Source of the DNA: an uncultured bacterium
Lineage (GTDB): Bacteria > Planctomycetota > UBA1135 > GCA-002686595
Direction of reading: 5' to 3'
DNA length: 64,000 nucleotides
Assembly: GCA_943787795.1 (NCBI GenBank)
Contig: CALSNU010000001.1
Location: forward strand, 128,001-192,000
Shown here: positions 59,203-64,000 of the stretch, one piece after another
Layout: every line of letters begins with the position of its first letter
Position numbering within the stretch: the first letter of the stretch is position 1
Program-made: the position numbers and the translations under genes
The notes under the pieces: generated by a model
The model's database searches: none
Told to the model about the DNA's origin: nothing
What the model saw: the letters and a program-made list of their open reading frames with translations, nothing else

Positions 59203-61483
59203 TCAGCGGAGCGGCACGAGCCGGACGGCGCGGAGCTTCATGAGCGGGCCCGCTTCACTCCGGTCGATCACCTCGACCCGCACGGCGCCGCCGTGGAGCC
59301 GGGCCTCGCCGACGCGGAGGTCCACGAAGCGATCCCAGCCGCCGGTGTCCGGGAGGACGCCTGCGAGCTCCACGCCATCGCCCACGCGGACGACCACCCG
59401 CCCGCCCTCGTCGCCGGTGTTGCAGGCCACCTCGAGCACCACCTCGAACCGGCCTCCCTCGGCGGGGTCCGCGCTCCACGCGACGCTCTCTCCGGCGCGG
59501 CGCCAGTAGCCAAGGGCGTCCAGCGCGGGCTCGTAGCGGACGGAGCGGCCGTGGACCCGGGCGGTCCTGGCGGGCAGGCGGACGGAGCCGTCCTCGAGGC
59601 TGGCGTGCTCCTCGAGGCGGCCGGCGCCGCGCCCCATGAGGGCCTTGAGCTCATCGAGGTGCTCGGCGTACACCGCGCGCGGGGAGCAGCCGTGCTCTTC
59701 GCAGAGCGAGGCCGCCATCCCGACGATCTCGCCCATGGCGCCGGTGGTCTTCATCACCCGCACGGCGCCGAGGGCCTCGTGGGTGACGCTGATGTCGCGG
59801 CCCGCCATGAAGAGGTTGCCGACGTTCCGGCTGTAGAGGCAGCGGTAGGGGACCCAGTAGGGGCCCTCGTACTCGTAGCCCTTGCCCCGGGTGTAGTCGG
59901 CGATGAACTCGTCCCCGTCGTGGCCCTCGGCGTAGCGGGTGTCCGGGTGGTGGGTGTCGATGCCCCAGGTGCAGGGGAAGCAGCCGTCCTCGAACTCGAC
60001 GCCGTCGCGCAGGTCCTCGCCCGTGAGGATCACGTCGCCCATGAGCCGCCGCGACTCGCGCTTGCCCGCGATGTAGGCCACCCAGTTCAGCCGGTGCGCG
60101 GGGTAGCGCTTCTCCACGTTCTTGATGGCGTCCCACGCGCCGTATGCCGCGCGGAAGTTCTGGTCCCGGATGCGCTCCATGTCCGCGATGGGGTCGCGGT
60201 CGAAGCCGTTCTCCCAGTACCAGTTGCCGATGCTGATGGGGGAGGCGCCCGGCTCGGGCTCGGTGGAGCCCCAGGTGCGTCCGGGGAACGGCCGCTCGCT
60301 GAGGTCCACGGCCCAGGGGCAGCGGGGGAACGTGGCCTCTTCGCAGGCGACGGCGAGCTCGGAGGAGAGGGGATCCTCGTCCTCGCACAGGCACTGGATG
60401 TTCCAGAGGTTGCTGGCGCCCATGTGACCGGTGTCGGTCTGCTCGAAGGAGGCGCCGGCCAGGTAGCCGAGGCTCCCGTCCCCGGTGGAGTCCAGGAACA
60501 GGTCCCCGAAGACCCGGGTTCGCCCTCCGAAGCGGACGTCCTCACAGATCACGCTGCGGATCGCCCCCTCCTTGACCTCGGCCCCGTTCATGCGGCGCCC
60601 GAGCATGAGCGTGACGTTCGCCTCGGCGCGCACCACCCGCAGCTTGCGGTCGTCGTCGAACACGTGGGCGCTCTGGGCGTTCTTCGAGTCGCTCCGCCGC
60701 ACGGGGATGAGCTCCATCACCACGTCGCCGATCCGGGGGTAGGGCTGCTGATTCACGTGTCCCTCGGGCCAGACCCGGACCTCGGAGCTCGAGTTGCCCC
60801 CGAGCACCGGGCGATCCTGGATCAGCGCGACCTTGAGCCCGAGCCGCGCCGCCGTCACCGCGGCGCTGGTCCCCGCCGTGCCACCGCCCACGACCACGAG
60901 GTCGAAGTGGCCGCCGGACACCGGCTCGGCGGGGATCCCGAGTCGCGCCCGCCGAAGCTCCTCCAGCTCCCCTCCGCCGTCGGGGGGCGTCCAGTCCTCG
61001 GCGGCGGGGGCCAGCAGGATCGCGTCGCAGCGTCCCTCGAACCCGGTGAGGTCGTGGAGCCCGAGGCGGACCCGTGTGCCGACCTCGACCACGCCGCCGT
61101 CCTGCCAGTGCCAGGGGTCGCCCTCGACCCCGAAGGTGGTCTCGAGCGGCGCCCCGTCCACGAGCACCTGGAAGCGTCCCGGCGCCCCGGGCGCACCCCA
61201 CGGCGCCACCCAGTCCCGGGTCCGCACCCACACCCGCATGGGGCCGGGGGCCGCGACCTCCACCTCGGTGGTCGCGTCGGCGACCGGCACCCCCATGCCG
61301 TGGGCGAGCAGGAACGGGGACCCCATGAGGTCCATGAACTGCTGGTCGAGCACCCACCCCCCCCAACTCATCGAAGGCCTCCGCCTCGACGAGCACCGCG
61401 TCCTCGCCGAGGCCTTGCGGGAGGGGCCTGGCGGTGATGATGGGGGGGCTGCCGAGAGCGATCGCGAGGAGCGTGAAGAGCAT
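59203..61483 (-). pseudogene. Secreted FAD-dependent oxidoreductase with a one-base insertion in a G8 tract (61357-61364)
   Basis: The upstream frame gives a signal peptide plus VLVEAEAFDELGG. The downstream frame continues WVLDQQFMDLMGSPFLLAHG...VVGGGTAG...RESRR. Removing one G joins them into 759 aa. Confidence 0.85.
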
Positions 61484-61722
61484 GCCCGATCTTAGGGGCA
61501 TGCTCTCCGAGCGCTGGTCGGATCCAGCGGCTCCTCTCAAGCCCCCCGGGGAATGCACCCGGGAGGCCATGCGGCTGTTCCTTGGCGATCACCGGCTCGC
61601 GCCCTGCTCGATTCCGGCCTTCGACGCTCCGGTGGTAAAGCCTGTGCTCAATGGCCGGGGGCTGGGGGGGGGTAGTGGCCTGGGACGTCGTCCTTTGGAG
61701 GGCGGCTGCTAGACTTGGCGCC

Positions 61723-62724
61723 ATGAAGATTCTCGCCACCACCTCACTCGCCCTCGGGCTGGTCCTCGCCGCAAACGCGGCGCTGCCCGCCCAGAGCGAA
61801 GGCGTCGAGGTCGGCTCCACGCCGGCCTACGAGTTCCGCCAGCCGATCCTGAACGGCATGGGCGCCAAGAGCCTCGCCGACCTCAAGGGCAAGCCGACCC
61901 TCATCGACTTCTGGGGCACGCGCTGAGGCCCTTGCATTGGCTCCGCCGTGCCTGCGGGGCTCAAGATGTCAGAAGAGTACGGGGACGCCGTCAACGTCCT
62001 CTTCGTCGAGGTCCAGGGCGCTGACGCCGCCAAGGTCGAGCGCTTCGCCCTCGAGAAGAAGTGGCTGGGGACGAACGCCATGTGGACCACCGAGCGGCCG
62101 CTCAACGTGGGCCTGCGGGGGATCCCGAACTTCGCCCTGCTCGACTCGAGCGGCGAGGTGATCCTCAAGGGCTACTCGACCAAGCTGCACTCGCAGATCG
62201 AGGAGCTCGTGGCGGCCGAGGTGAAGGCGGCGTCCAAGGGTCCCAAGGACCTGCCGAAGTCGCTCAAGAAGGCGTACAAGGCCTTCCACAAGGGTGACCT
62301 CGCCAAGGGCATCGCCGAGGCGGACAAGGTCGCGGCCAAGGGCGGTGACGACGCCGACGCCGCGACCGCGCTCGCCGCCGACCTGCGCGAGCGCGCCAGT
62401 GGCAAGGTCGACCGGGTCCAGTGGATGGTCGACCACGGCTTCGTGATCGAGGCCGACGATCTCCTCGGCGACCTGAGGAAGGGGCTCTCCGGAGACGAGG
62501 CCCTCGAGGCGCGCGTGGAGGCGCTCCGCGCCACCCTCGACTCCAAGGAGATGAAGCCCGAGATGGAGGCCGCCAAGCTCTTCGCCAGGGCCGAGGCGAC
62601 GCTGTTCGACAAGGGCCTCAAGGCCAAGGGGATCGACCGCAAGCTCGCCAAGATCGCCGAGAAGTACCAGGGCACCCAGAGCGCCAAGCGCGCTCAGCAC
62701 CTGCTCGACCTGATGAAGGGCTGA
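61723..62724 (+). CDS. Exported TlpA/ResA-like thioredoxin-fold selenoprotein (Sec68, UxxC) with helical C-terminal domain
   Basis: The ORFs 61651..61926 and 61948..62724 are in the same frame, separated by a single TGA (61924-61926) in LIDFWGTR-U-GPC. A SECIS-like hairpin lies at 61939-61961. Confidence 0.88.
61931..61965 (+). promoter_or_regulatory. Putative bacterial SECIS element
   Basis: Upper stem GGCUCCGC/GCGGGGCU, loop CGUGCCU with G at position 2 starting 20 nt after the UGA, and lower CUUG/CAAG pairing. Confidence 0.7.
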
Positions 62725-62750
62725 GCGACGGTGTGACGCCCGACCGGCCT

Positions 62751-62792
62751 GGGGCCCTGCGAGCAGCGATGCTCGTGGGGCCCCTGTCTGTT
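62751..62792 (+). terminator. Terminator-like hairpin after the selenoprotein gene
   Basis: ggggccctgcgagca-gcga-tgctcgtggggcccc followed by tgtctgtt. Confidence 0.65.
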
Positions 62793-63166
62793 CCAAGCCG
62801 CTAGCCCGCGTGCCAGGGTCGACCCTTGGGGGTGGAGTGTCACCGGGCCCAGATGAGAGACGGTGGCCGTGCAAGCACCGGAAGGGCCGCGCTTCGGAAC
62901 TCCCGGCCCCGGGCTGTTCCGGCGAAGGGCAGGACCGAAATGAGCCGCCGTTGGGCTACGGCGCGATGCGCGACGAAGGGCAGCGCCTGCAAGGACACCC
63001 CCAACCGGTGGCGCTTCTCAGCTCCAATGGACGGGCGCTGCTCGTCAGCCTCTCGCTCTCACTCCGCGGAGGCACGCGTCCGGTCCGGCTTCTACCGGGA
63101 GCCTTCAGGATTCAGAGAAACTCCCCGGGCGGCTTGGCCGGTCGGGTGCGCTACGATGCCGCCGAG

Positions 63167-63844
63167 ATGCCCTGGATCCCCGGAGATTTCACGCACCACA
63201 TCCCGACCCCGACCTGGCAGGTCCGGCCTCGGGTCGAGCAGGTCGTGCGAGAGGCGGGACCTGAAGCGGTTGCGCTCGACCTCGGGGCAGGCGGGCGCCG
63301 TCTCGCTCCCAATGTCGTGTGCGTGGACTTCGTGCCCTTCCCAGGAACGGAGGTGGTCGGCGACGTACAGCGTCTCCCATTTGCAGACGCGAGCGTGGAC
63401 CTGATCGTAGCCACCGGGCTGATCGAGCATGTGGATGACGACCGAGCGCTCCTGAACGAGGCCTTCCGGGTGCTGAAGCCGGGCGGCATCGCGCACTTCG
63501 AGTTGCCCTTCTTGCAGTTCTATCACGACGACCCTGTCGACTATCGGCGCTACACCGTGCCGGGCCTCGAGCGAGAAATGGTCCGTGCAGGGTTTCAGAC
63601 CATCGAGAGCAACTTCAACATTGGCCCGACCGTCGGCCTGCTGTACTCCTTCATCTACTACGGGGCGACGCTTTTTGAAGGGCGCAACGTGGTCTCCAGG
63701 GTCTTGTCGAACCTGGTCTTCGTGTTCCTCTCCTTCGCCCTGTCCTGGCTGCGCTACGTCGACTGGTTCCTCAAGGACAAGAAGAGCGCGCATCGATTGG
63801 CGTTCGGCGTGTTTTGTACGTCGCGCAAACCGGCCAGCACGTAG
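63167..63844 (+). CDS. Class I SAM-dependent methyltransferase
   Basis: ALDLGAG, GDVQRLPFADASVDLIV, LIEHV, RVLKPGG, HDDPVDYRRYT. Confidence 0.9.
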   Translation: MPWIPGDFTHHIPTPTWQVRPRVEQVVREAGPEAVALDLGAGGRRLAPNVVCVDFVPFPGTEVVGDVQRLPFADASVDLIVATGLIEHVDDDRALLNEAFRVLKPGGIAHFELPFLQFYHDDPVDYRRYTVPGLEREMVRAGFQTIESNFNIGPTVGLLYSFIYYGATLFEGRNVVSRVLSNLVFVFLSFALSWLRYVDWFLKDKKSAHRLAFGVFCTSRKPAST

Positions 63845-64000
63845 CCGCAGCCGGTCGGCGGCATCCAGCCGTGATGCGGTTCGCCCCGAGTGTGGTGACC
63901 ACCGAGCGGCTGCTGTCGGGGGGGGGGCGACGGGGATCGGATAGTCTCAGGTCATGGACCCTGCTGCGTTTGCGATCGGAGCACTGGCCCTCGCGCTCAC

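Noticed and set aside
61924..61926. Genome-wide UGA reassignment (Trp/Gly code)
   Set aside because: Many conserved genes here (lepA, rph, glnS, etfB) end at TGA in the expected position, so any read-through must be site-specific.

Overview
High-GC bacterial chromosomal segment of about 50 CDS, with no rRNA, tRNA, CRISPR or recognisable mobile element. The gene content and a repeated C-terminal domain on secreted proteins suggest a Planctomycetota genome, probably OM190-like (inference). Housekeeping genes include etfA/etfB, lptB, lepB, lepA, rdgB, rph, birA and glnS. There are also TamB/Omp85, TRAP and SSS transporters, several secreted peptidases, two di-heme cytochrome c peroxidase-family proteins and an MshEN+PilZ c-di-GMP receptor pair. 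The main hunt results are: (1) a hidden exported thioredoxin-fold selenoprotein at 61723-62724, with an in-frame UGA in a UxxC motif and a SECIS-like hairpin, split in two by the ORF track; (2) a conserved C-terminal domain of about 140 aa shared by unrelated secreted proteins, a candidate sorting or anchoring signal; (3) a fused E1 2-oxoacid dehydrogenase coupled to a variant FabD-like acyltransferase with no E2/E3 nearby; (4) a TANNNT box 6-7 nt before at least 11 start codons, suggesting pervasive leaderless transcription; (5) tandem arrays seeded from the stop codons of lepA and birA; (6) a G8-tract frameshift in a secreted FAD oxidoreductase. All calls come from reading motifs by eye; no database searches were run.
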